Under the pieces are notes generated by a model that had not been told where the DNA came from, did not search any database, and saw only the letters and a list, made by a program, of their open reading frames with translations. Positions 52,700 to 64,000 of a DNA stretch of 64,000 nucleotides are shown piece after piece. The translations under genes were made by a program, and so were the position numbers. Source of the DNA: Octopus vulgaris (taxonomy: Eukaryota). The stretch spans positions 123,876,001-123,940,000 of the forward strand of contig OX597816.1 in assembly GCA_951406725.2 (NCBI GenBank). The letters are read 5' to 3'. Position 1 is the stretch's first letter. Each line of letters begins with the position of its first letter.

Positions 52700-53720
52700 T
52701 TTGTTAGTAATGTTGAAGAGGGTTGAATTTTGCTCAGTTTTAAGTAAAACGTTTTGGTGTTTATAAGTGGCTTATGGTTACTATTATAACTGGGTGTGCT
52801 CTATGATTCTTTCTAATAAAAACGATTGCTTCTAGTAAAAGCACAAAACTTTCACAGTTGTATATAAGGGATTCACTACATTCTTATCAACAAATCCCCT
52901 CTGCATGGATTTGGTAATAAAAAATATGCTTAAACATTTGTATATATCTGTAACTGGACAGTATTTCAATATTGATAAATTGTAACATATATAATGTTTA
53001 GATCACCTGCTGTAAACAACAGTGAATATTGTTACATCTACAGCTCCAAACAGATATAATCTTTGTTTCTAAGTGAAGTACAAGTGTGTGTATTATTACT
53101 GAAAATTAACTTTATCTTTGTTTCGGAAAGTGAATCATTACTAATTACGACAAGATTATATCATAATCCTGCAAGAATAGAGTAAAATAGAGTAAAATCA
53201 GTTTTATGTAGAATATTTTCAATATTTTAGAATTGTACAAATCTTGATCTGAGACTGAAGCGATTACAACATCGAAGTTCCATTTTAGGCTTCTAAATCA
53301 CTCAAAATTAGTTATTATACAGATGTGAAATGCTTCTTCCATGGCATAATGTTTCCAAGACTCCATACATACATACCTTCACGAAGACAAACACAGCATG
53401 TGTGCTTTGTGGAAAGATGCTCTTCTTAAGTCCTTATTTTTATCATATTTCTATTATGCTGCCATTCAGTGTCATATAATGATGCAATTAGCTGTAAGGT
53501 GTACCCTTTTATTTCAGAACAAGTGCCTCAGTATTTCATCTCAAGGTATAGAAAGAATAGTCTTTCATAATGATCTATGGTTATGTTCCTGAATGAGCTT
53601 AATATTTATGAATATACCAAAAATAGGTGTACAGTGCTTTCATTGTAAATTCAGAATGAATACACCTGGATGACCTTTAGTCATCCGTCTTAATTCAGTA
53701 GTATTTTCATAGTCTTTAGT
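52700..53720 (-). mobile_element. Possible heavily decayed Penelope-type RT
   Basis: KALYTYF, IKGT and WKHYAMEE occur in the order expected for SLYTNI, GTAMG and W.RY.DD; many stops. Confidence 0.3.
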
Positions 53721-53822
53721 CAATGAGAGAACCATTATGTGGTTGCTTAGTCTGTTGGAAATAGCTGTGAAATAGTCATCAAATAAAGTCTTACCTTAAA
53801 TAATGAGAGAACATCAGATAAT

Positions 53823-56217
53823 TGTTATAATCTTTACAATGTTGGATTCTTATAATGCCCACTTCAGTATACGGTATACTTAATAAAACTAATAAACTAT
53901 CTCTGATCACCTACTACAGACTGTTTCTTTATTTTGGCACTATGGCCATTACACAGAGGGGACAGCACAAGAACAGACAGAACACCACAGTGGGGACAAA
54001 AATCATAAAACAAATGAAAATGAAGATGTTATATGATGATGAAAATGAAATGGCTGCATGAGCCCCACTCTCTCGTGCAGTACTATTTGAACATTTTGTT
54101 TGTAATCGTTCTTTCTTTGTGAACATCAGCTCCACTAGTGATCTGCCTGCTGGTGTGTCACATGGTGCACTCCTAAAATTGTTGTAGAGCTACTTCATCT
54201 GTGACTGCCTTATTCGATTTTCTAAGGGCTCTTTTGAAGGTATCAATAAAGTATTCTGCCCGTCCATAAGATCTGGGATGGTATAGCATCATAGTTATAT
54301 GTTCTACTGCAAATGGTTCAACAAAATTTTTAAAATTCACTAGACACAAATTGCCTTTCATTGTTAGACACTGTCTTGTCTGGGATGCCAAATCTTACAA
54401 ACAATTCGTGTAAAACATTTATCACTGTTGAGGAGGTTTGGCTTTTTACCCTTAAAAATTTCTAGCCATTTCGAGAAACTATCACCTATGAATAAGTAGT
54501 AAGAACCATTTAAAGGACCGGCAAAATCGATATGTAGTCTCAACCATGGAACATCTACTTTTTATCACGGGCAATTTTATATTTCGTTTTGGCTTCCATA
54601 CAGGTGTTCCACTCTGTTTTAGTGCAATTTCTTGTTTGTCCTTCAGCTGCATTCAAACCTTCAACAGGACTGACACACTTATGGACATATTCCACAGTTT
54701 TAAAAGTTCCATCCACTCTGATGAATAAATTAAGTGAACTTTTTAACACATATATCTCCACCTTTTTCGTTTGACCTCAAAATGTTACATTACATACAAA
54801 TTCACTGAAAAAATATAATCTGTGCTATCTTTTTCTAGTGAATTTTGACTTTCCGACATATTTCTAAATTTTTCGTTTATAATGGTGATATCATTACCAG
54901 TGCCCAACTGCATTTTAACATTTGTATTTCTGATTTTCACCTTCATGAATTTTCTCATCATTATATTGCTAATTTCTTCTGATGTCGTACTATATATTCT
55001 TCTTTTATTTTGACGTTTTGTCATCTTCGTTCTACAGTGCATCTTTATATGCCCTTTATTTCCACAATGGAAACACTGCTTTTTTAAATGGACAATTTTT
55101 CCTCAGTTATATGCTTCTGCATGCAAAACATGGGCTTATTTCTTGATTTTTGCTGTGTTTTTTAGAAAACACTTTATTTCTATTCTGATTATTTTGCACT
55201 TACCTTGGAAACAATCTTTCCGTTTGATTTCCTCCATGTTATGTCTTAATTTGACTATCCTTTCACATTCTTCTGACACTTGCTGTAGGGTTACATTCTG
55301 GTTTAGTTTCAGCTTTGTGAGAATTCTAGTTGTAACTTCTGTGTCATTTTTGGCAGTAAGTCCCTGTGTAGAAATCAAGCATTTGAATACATCTGCATTA
55401 ATTCGTTCAGCTTAAACTTCTCACACTCCCTGTTTACTTAATCAGCATATGTGATGTAGTCTTCATTGTTGTTTTTCTTTGTTTTCTGACACTTCCAATG
55501 TGTGTTGAACAATGAGCTTTTTTCACTGAACATTTTACATAATACATCTATTGTGTCATTAACGTTTATGTCCGAACGTTTTCTTGAGAGCACATAGCTA
55601 CTATATCGTTCATGTTCTGTTGCCACCAGTTTTTTCAAGATTAAGTGCGTTTTCACTTCATCATCCTAATCTTTACATTCTTTCTCGAAGATTTGTGCAT
55701 ATCTTCTGTAGTATGCTTCGTCAGGTTCATATTTGAACTCATGGAGTTCACGACATAGTCTGGCGAGAAAACTTTTCTGAATTTCCTGACAACTTCATTA
55801 ATTGCAGCATTTGTTGCTGTAATAGTAATTGTTGTTGATGTTCTTTCAGTTGTTGTTGCTTCAGCTGCTGTTCTTGCAGTTGTATCTGCTGCTGTTGTTG
55901 CTGCTTCTTTCAACTTGAGCAAGCTGGCCAACAAATTTTCCATAAATTTACGATTTTAGTTTTCATAAAATTCACACAAAAATAACTTTTGTGAGTTTGT
56001 TAACTCCTCATGAGTTGTTCAAATCCTTGTTGAGTTTATTAATTCTTCATGAATCATTTAGATCCTCATGGAGTTTATCAATTCCTTGTAAGGTGTTTAA
56101 ATCCTTGTCACCACTGTTATAATCCTTACAATGTTGGATTGTTATAATGTCCACTTCGGTATACAGTATACTTCGTGAAACCACTAAAGATATGACAATC
56201 TCTGACCGCCTACTACA
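53823..56217 (-). mobile_element. Internally deleted Gypsy (Mag-like) LTR retrotransposon
   Basis: TG..CA direct repeats 53823-53918 and 56115-56217; PBS tggtgacaaggat; gag with CFHCGNKGHIKMHC; protease MQLGTGNDITII; integrase RLHIDFAGPLNG, YHPRSYGRAE..DTFKRALRK; RT/RNase H absent; no TSD found. Confidence 0.88.
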
Positions 56218-57285
56218 TTCTCTCGTACTTCACTTTACTTATAGGGACAATGTTATTCCATTCATCACATGGGTGGGGTGTATCATTATTACTAATTCCA
56301 TACAACAATAATCTAGTCCTAGACACACGTTGTCTGAAAAAAAGATAAGTGTAAGCCAACACAATAACTTTTATGCGGTTACTCAATCTATCAGAGATAG
56401 CAACCCTTCAAATTCATCCCGTCACCTTAAAAAAAAGGGATAAATTAAACAAAGCCTTTCTAGATATAAATAAAAGATGACATACTCATGGCTGTAATGC
56501 CTTTGTTAAAAGTTTGTTTGATGAGGGCTAAGTTGAAGTCAAATATCAACAACAAGAAAAAAATGAATATATTTATAGCTTCAAAACTTTTAATAATAGG
56601 TACACTGGACCAATTTTCCCTTGGTACTAAGCAACAAAGGAATCTCTATGTGAGCACTCATGCTGCTAGAATTAGCTACCAAATCTCTTTTGAATCCCAG
56701 CCTATAATCTTTAAAATAGAAGGATATACTGGATGCACTGTACCTGAAAACAAGACAGGATAGTCACCGCTAGAATGCCTTTGATCATGGAATGCTTTGT
56801 TCAATAAGAATTGATTTGATGCTACACAATAATAACAGCAAAAGCAAAAATAGTAACATCTTATTCAGTTATAAATATTTGAAAATATTGACTGGGAAAT
56901 GACTGTACAACCTGAACCAAGTAATTGGTTTTTGGTCTTCACTGAATTTAATGTTTGCTCGTTGAGTGTCTATAATTTTGAGGTAATTTCTTGAGGATAA
57001 ACTCTGGACTTAAACAACAATTATAAAGTAGTTTGTCCTCAGCTTTCCAACTACAGTTGGTCTATCTAATTAGTTAAATCCTGTCAAGACTTCTTTGAGT
57101 TTTACTTTGCTATCTGTCATTTGTCTTTCATTTCATACCTTCTCTATTTCAGCTGATGTGCTGACATGATTCTCAGCTGCCAGATAACAAGTTCTGTCCA
57201 AAAGGAATCAATCACTTGAAGGAAACAAACTTATTGCTTCACTTACAAATTAAGCAGATTTGTTTCCTTCAAAATAATATTCTCC

Positions 57286-57549
57286 CCTTTTAAGAGCATG
57301 TGCTACTAACCCCAAGATTCCGAGTTTGGTTCCAGGCAGTGACCATAATAATAATAATAATAATAACAAAAAAACAACCTTAGGAATGAGAACCCAGGTT
57401 CGAAATATCCTCAAGGCACCTGAGGAAGGCTGGAGGGTATATAAGCTGAAACGTTGTATTAACAACAAACAAGATGAGGACAAATATCTGTCAAAGGTAA
57501 ATAATGTAAATAATGTACATAATTCCTCATCTCTTAAATATAGAACTGG
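57286..57549 (+). mobile_element. tRNA-headed, hammerhead-containing retroposed element with 10-bp TSD
   Basis: AATATTCTCC at 57276-57285 and 57550-57559; tRNA-like segment 57290-57335; (AAT)n; GGTTCGAAAT; HHR 57415-57460. Confidence 0.75.
57415..57460 (+). ncRNA. Minimal type I hammerhead ribozyme motif
   Basis: GGCAC CTGAGGA A GGCT ggagggtatata AGCT GAAA CG T T GTATT: intact CUGANGA/GAAA core, palindromic ACGT stem III, imperfect stem I. Confidence 0.7.
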
Positions 57550-58929
57550 AATATTCTCCACAGTTTGATACATTTGCCCTAATGTTTCTTCCAGTTTGGG
57601 AACATGTTCTGATATGCTTTTTCAGAGAGAGTGTACAGTTTGCTTTAAATATTTTCTTCCATTTCTTTTGTTATTCTAATTTGGTAGCTTTTCAAGGTAC
57701 AGTTGAACTAAGAGAAGATAAAAAGTTCATAAGCAGGCAAATGTGTAAGGTAGCTAATGTACAGAAGTAATCTTGAGATTTACCATTCAACAAATAAATA
57801 ACAGTTAAGAGCTATGTGTAAGTAGGTACATTATGGTGGTAGTGTCCATAGACACTGTGCCACTGCAATGCTTCAGGTCTCTTCTTTCAGGTTGCTTGTC
57901 TTAAATACCTGAGGACATCCTTGATCAAAATCTTTACCGAACATCTGACCACATCAAACAAACTCATGCTGAACAATGTAACTTCCAATAAAAAGGCAGT
58001 CAATATAATTTTCATATTTGAGCTACTTTGATATACTTTTGGGTTGTGGCAACAATTATCCTAACTAGTGCAGCAATTGCCATTGCATTTTGTTATCGGG
58101 ATCATACATCCACTTTTCGTCACCTATTGTGATATATTTCCAACAATAAAATAACTCTTGATTGGGACTTGACTCCCAACATTTTTATCTATCAGCAAGC
58201 ATAACACAAATTTTGCAGCAACACAGCGCATTTTCAATTTTTCTTTCAAAATTATGTGGTACAAACTGTTACAACTACTAACTACTTTTGAAACTTCACA
58301 GGTGGTCAGGTAACGATTTTCATGGATCACAGCTTATACTTTCACATTATGATAGCCATCAACACTTAATTTAAGTTGATAGGAGTTTTCAAAGGATGTG
58401 AACAAGGCTAGTCACTACAATCATTTGAATATCTTTGAGAGATGGGTCTCTTGAGATGTTAGCTAGATGTTTCTGACATCATTTTTTCCTCTTACCAAGA
58501 GTACCTATTCATTTCAATAAATGCATCATTCCTCTCCCCCACTGCCTCTAGGTAGGTACAGAAAATTTTTACCTTAAGAAGCTACATCTTTTATATTTCA
58601 ATTTTCAGATCTCTACATATACTGATCCTGTCAAATTTCTAGACGGATATAATTTTATTAGTGGAGACACTTTTATCTATCAGTTTACCAAATGCCTTTA
58701 ACTTTCTTTAATGGTTGTATTGGGTCAATTGACTTGCATTGTTCTGTTAGTGTTGACAGGAAAATACCAAATCTTTACATTTTCAACTTCAACCATTGGC
58801 TTGAGATGATATTCATACCAGTTAGCAAAAGTGTCAATTTAGTAGTGCTTGCATATTTTTTAATGTGAAAATTGTTCTACCCTATTGTGATTTTAATATC
58901 AGTTTGATGTTAGCACAGGAGACCACAAA

Positions 58930-59660
58930 TTAAAACGGTCTATTGGCTAATCAAATTCAATGCAGAATCTGCATTTTGGGTCTGTACTATTTTTAAGAAT
59001 ATTTGCCTGGTGTTTTCTGGTAAACAAGCTTTGATCTTGTGCCACCAGTATGAAACCTTCAATATTGCTTTCAATCCAGAATTCTTCAGTCATTTATGGA
59101 TTGTTTCTTAATCAATATCAGCATTTTGGTTTTGAACAATATATTGTCAATGCAGAGACTCTTGGCTGCACCATTCCTAAAGTTGTTTCTGTCCATTCTT
59201 TTTAGTAGTTAGTGTGATTCATTTTGCTTGTTTTATAGTCGTGGCCTCTAGTTCTTCATTCAATTCCAGGTTAATGCCAGGTTCTTTTACAAACTGACAT
59301 GCTTCATTGATAACAGAGTGACTTTTTGCTGCTTTTGTGTTTGTTCACAAGCAACAGCATCCAGTCCTCTGTATTATATAAGTACCATTTCATTCCTATA
59401 TTTGAGCAGCCATTATGAGTAAGACTATTGCTTATTTAAGGTCTTCATTTGCCAGCCACAACCAAGACTGCTCTACTGCAACATTCTGTGTTTGTCTGAG
59501 ATGCTGACCATGTAGTTCTTTCCTCCAGATGTTTCTTTCCTGTTCCTGTTTTCTTCTTTTCTTGTATTCCATTGCCATCTCTACAGCTTCTTTCTCCTCT
59601 CCTCTAGCAACTGAAATCAGTCTTTCTCAGTTGCTTCTAACATAACCTTGAATGTCTCAT
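58930..59660 (-). mobile_element. R4/Dong-like LINE fragments
   Basis: LHGQHLRQT, SLTHNGCSN/LMAAQ, LESNIEGFILVAQDQSLFTRKHQANILKNSTDPKCRFC. Confidence 0.75.
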
Positions 59661-60211
59661 TTTGCAAACTCTACAGTCTCATCATCATCATCATCATCGC
59701 CGTTGTCGTCGTTGCTGTTGTTGTTATTATTATTATTATTATTATAATCATCATCATTGTTAAGGTGGCAAACTGGCAGAATCGCTAGCATGATGGGCAA
59801 AATGCTTGGTGGTGTTTCATCTGTCTTTACATTCTGAGTTCAAATTCTGCTGAGGTCAACATTATCTTTCATCCTTTGAGGGCCAATAAATTAAATACCA
59901 GTTGAGTACTAGGTTCCATGTAATCAACTTAACCCCCCCCCACCAAATTTCAAGCCTTGTGCCTTTAGTAGAAAAGATTATTATTATTGTTTTACAGTGT
60001 TGAACTGACAGAATTGTTAATACACTGAACAACATACATAGTGACATTTCATCTACCTTTATGATGTGAGTTCAAATTCCACTGAGGTTAATTTTTGTCA
60101 TACATCCTTTTGGGATCAGTAAAATAAGTATTAGTTAAACACTGGGATCAATGTAATCAACTAACCCCTTCCCTAAAAGTTAAGGCTTTGTGTCTATACT
60201 AGAAAGGACTA

Positions 60212-60243
<32 letters not shown>

Positions 60244-61989
60244 ACTACTGCTGTTGTTGTTGTTGTTGTTGTTAAGCAACAAGACGGGTATGGGTGATTA
60301 GGTGATGGTCTAGGGCTTAGGGGCGGGAGACCCCAGACCTTGGGAAAAAAAAACTTTGGTCATCTTGTAGTTGAGGGCTCTTCGTTGATGCCCAACACCA
60401 CTGGGAGGTGGCCCTCGAAGTCACTGGAAATGGAGATCTCCAGGTCCAAATTCTTGAACGGCTGCTGCTCCTGCTACTGCTACTACAGATAACTCAATGT
60501 GAAACCATCTGTTTGCTACTCTCTTCAAAATACTAGCTAGTCAAGTATTACCAAATAAAATATTCATTGAATTACTTGTAAGAAGAAAATATATAATTGC
60601 CTAAGGAAAGCCTATTGATACTCAAGAGTGGACAACAAAAAGAGGTTTGTTTCACAAGCATATAAAATTTTCATCCCACACATTACATTTTCACATCAAA
60701 AATTGCTGCCGCACACAGTTCTGCTACAATGGCAAAATAAAAAATAGAAAACACCGATTCAAAATACACAGCTTACAAGAAAGAAAAGAAAATGAATAGT
60801 CTAGTGAACAATTAATTGGAGAAAATGCCACAAGTGCTCAAATGAATAACCTTAAAGACAGTGAGAGCAATAACCACAACAATAGCAAAAGCAGCTCTTA
60901 CATGATTTCAAATACTGTGGTCCTTTCATACATCAGCTGCAGGAAGGCAAACTTTCTTTTAATGCAAAATGGATGTATGGAATTTTTTTTATATCTGTTG
61001 ATGTAACAAAAGAAAAAAATGAATAAGTGGAAGATTAGAATTTAGTTAAACTTAACAGCATTTCTTTGCCACAGGAGCAAATTCATGATATGGCAAAGAG
61101 AAAAATTATATGCCATTGCTTCCCAAAAATCGCAAATGAAATATCTTCATGCACATTAAAAAATAAACAAATAAACAAACACTTCATTTCCTAATAGTGC
61201 CAACCAATAGTATCACACCTTCATCTTGGATTGGGGAAGAAATAATAATTATGGATGAAAATTCACAAACAGTCAGGGAAAATACAAAAGGTAATCCAAA
61301 ATGCAAAGGAAAAAAAATCACAGAAAATTCTCAATGTGAAACAGAAAAAAAGTGAATGAGAAGGAACAATTTATGCCAAATGACAATGAAATCCCTCCTC
61401 AGAATAAAGAAAATTAAAAGAACAAACATTGAATTGAAATTTACTGCTCTTTGAGAGTCAAACACACTATTAATAGATGAATTTATGCATCTGTAGTGCA
61501 CGGACTTTACAAAGAATTTAGAATGACACAAAAACTATTGCATTAGAAAAGATAATAAACAACATGTTAACGATAGATTATTAGTAAAATTCTAACTAAA
61601 ACATTACACTGAACTTTAAAAAGAATACCCTCAAAATGCTGGTGTTATTCAACAACTATCTCAAAAAAAAAACCCGCCTCTGTTGCATTATGTTACTCAA
61701 AAATACAATTTGAGAAATGGTTAGGTGAACAGTGTCATGAAGTGCTCTAACTCACTCTAACCAGGTATCTTTTAATTATATTTCAATTGTTGTGTTTTAT
61801 TGTACTTTCTAAATTTACCAGATCGAGTCAAAAGTTTTTGTGGATTTTCCCTGATAATGTTTGGCAACCTGTGAATACATGTTGTATCATTAATTTGATA
61901 AAACTTGTCCAATTGTTAATAAACTGCTTATTCTTTATTTTCATAGATAACATAAACATGAATTGCTTATTCTTTATTTTACAGTTTTA

Positions 61990-62640
61990 ACAATGAGCAG
62001 CCAAAAGGTTGCAATTAGTCATTTTACATTACCTGTAGGAAAAAGGACTGAATGCAAGAGCAGTGGTAAAAGAAATTAATGATGTAGAAGGCCCAGTGTA
62101 GCACAAAACTGGTTCAGACATTTCAAGGAAGGTGACACCCACCTCAAAGGCAAACCAAGGTTAGGGAAACCTCTTGTTGTGGAAGATGAGGCCTTGCTTG
62201 AAATGATTGAACAGCAGCCAAGCACAAGGGTTCATATATTGTCGGCAGAGCTTAGTCCTTCACAAAGCACCATCAGTTGACACTTCTATAAGTTTGGCCT
62301 TGTGAACAGATGCTGTCAAGGAACTTCTCATGAACTGACCAATGATCAGCTCCAAAAAGATGTGAGCATTTGCAGACAACTTCTGATAAATCCTTGAGAT
62401 GCCTATTTATGGCATCAAATTGTAACTGGAGAGGAAAATAGATCTGTTTTCATAATCCTAATGAGAGAAATCAGTGGTTTCATACCAGTCAGACCGCAGA
62501 ACCTGTGGTCAAATAAGATCAGTTTGAACTGAAGGTCATTTTGTGTGTTTTGTGGAACTGCAAGGGGATGTTCCCTTTTGAGCTTGTCTCAGATGGTCAA
62601 GTTGTGAACTCTTCTGTACCTTGTTCAATAGGACTAGGTG
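61990..62640 (+). mobile_element. Mariner transposase fragment
   Basis: AQNWFRHFKEGDTHLKGKPRLG, HELTNDQ, IVTGEEN, KVILCVLWNCKG. Confidence 0.8.
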
Positions 62641-63555
62641 TTCAAGTCAAGGCATATAAAGATAAAGATGTAGTGTATTAAGATTTGTCAAAGTTTACCA
62701 GCATGGTCATACAGTCAAAAGTATCAAAGTCCCTTCTTAAGCCATATGTTCATAAGGCCAGTTTTCTGGTTTCTTTAGAATATACACTCTTTCTCTAGAT
62801 AGGACACCAGTCCATCACAGGATTACACATTTTTGCCATTTGAGTGGACTGGAGCAATGAGAAATGAAGTCTTTTGCTTTGGAAAACTTTACATTGCCAG
62901 AACCTAAAACAAATCTTAGAATCAAGAGTGCAATACCCTAATCACTAAGCCATGTGCCAAAGATTATGTCTTTGATTTCCTTCCATAGTTTACTTCTTAG
63001 CTTAAGGTGAAAAGTAATAAAGGACTCTTAAGGCAGAAGAGGTGAAATGAGGAATATTGCTTTCTGAGATGCTATTTCACAACCACTGGAGAGCAAAGTG
63101 CTCCTCATGAACGCAGGTTGGTGATATAGTTGTGATCTGTAAACAGTTTTGGGTAGGAACCAGAAAGTGAAGTATGAACATGTAATGCACATGTACACAC
63201 TGAATTCATAAAATGGAAGAGAAGAATAAAATCACAATGCACATGTCAAAAACAGATAGAAGATATGAATAAAACAAGTTATATGAATGTCTGCATGCCA
63301 CATCTGACACTGGCAATTTTCACATTGCATAAGAACAGACCAATGTGGATTTTCGCAATATCTAAAGAATCAAATGCTTAATGATAAAAAAACACAAAAG
63401 AAAGAAAATTTCATACTTCTTAATAAACTAGGATTTTTCAGTTGTAACTACCACTTACAATTTTATTACCAGTTTCTACACAGATGAGATTTTAGGGGAT
63501 GGTGGGAAGGGTAATTACAAAAATTATAATTTTTTGGAGAAAATTTTTAAACATA

Positions 63556-63972
63556 AGCGTAGGAGTGGCTGTGTGGTAAGTAGCTTGCTTACCAACCACA
63601 TGGTTCTGGGTTCAGTCTCACTGCGTGGTACCTTGGGCAAGTGTCTTCTACTATAGCCTCAGGCCAACCAAAGCCTTGTGAGTGGATTTGGTAGATGGAA
63701 ACTGAAAGAAGTCGTCGTATATATGTATATATATATATATATGTGTATGTGTGTGTATACGTTTGTGTGTCTGTGTTTGCCCCCCCCCCCCCAACATCGT
63801 TTGATAACTGATGCTGGTGTGTGGTGTATTTATGTCAGCGTCACTTAGCAGTTCGGCAAAAGAGAACGATAGAATAAGTACTAGGCTTACAAAGAATATG
63901 TCTTGGGGTCAATTTGCTTGACTAAAGGTGGTGCTCCAGCATGGCCACAGTCAAATGACTGAAACAAGTAAA
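63556..63972 (+). mobile_element. Full-length SINE family A copy
   Basis: A box TGGCTGTGTGG 63566-63576, B box GGTTCAGTC 63609-63617, central (TA)/(TG)n, tail ...aatgactgaaacaagtaaa. Confidence 0.9.
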
Positions 63973-64000
63973 TCAGTAAACACTGAAATTTTCTGAAATT

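Larger units (their letters stand above)
57250..58340 (-). mobile_element. Decayed mariner interrupted near its 3' end
   Basis: KLKMRCVAAKFVLCLL (58124..58330); C-terminal KCIKL..GEY(Y)FEGNK split by the 57286-57549 insert. Confidence 0.7.

Noticed and set aside
63556-63625. tRNA gene candidates in SINE heads
   Set aside because: A and B boxes are present but there is no complete cloverleaf; each continues into a SINE body

Overview
Eukaryotic, AT-rich, repeat-saturated DNA with no host protein-coding exon that I can support. The SINE families and the (TA)n/(CA)n load resemble an octopus or other cephalopod intergenic or intronic region; this is pattern recognition, not a database result. 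Most ORFs in the track are microsatellite translations. Supportable content: (1) a nearly complete Naiad-like Penelope-like retroelement (RT plus C-terminal GIY-YIG, minus strand, ~8106-11720) whose ORF rejoins across three frameshifts; (2) several mariner/Tc1 elements, including a full-length mariner nested in another at a TA; (3) an internally deleted Mag-like Gypsy with ~100-bp LTRs and tandem PBS-like motifs; (4) a young 514-bp non-autonomous Helitron; (5) fragments of RTE, CR1-like and R4/Dong-like LINEs; (6) four SINE-like families and several MITEs. The most interesting unannotated signal is a set of at least seven minimal hammerhead-ribozyme (HHR)-like motifs from different sequence families, some with atypical cores (U3-A8 covariation, U4C, single-base insertions). 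One sits in a 264-bp insert that joins a tRNA-like Pol III head to a hammerhead and is flanked by a perfect 10-bp target-site duplication (57286-57549), a candidate SINE/retrozyme hybrid. All motifs were folded by eye and coordinates of decayed elements are approximate.
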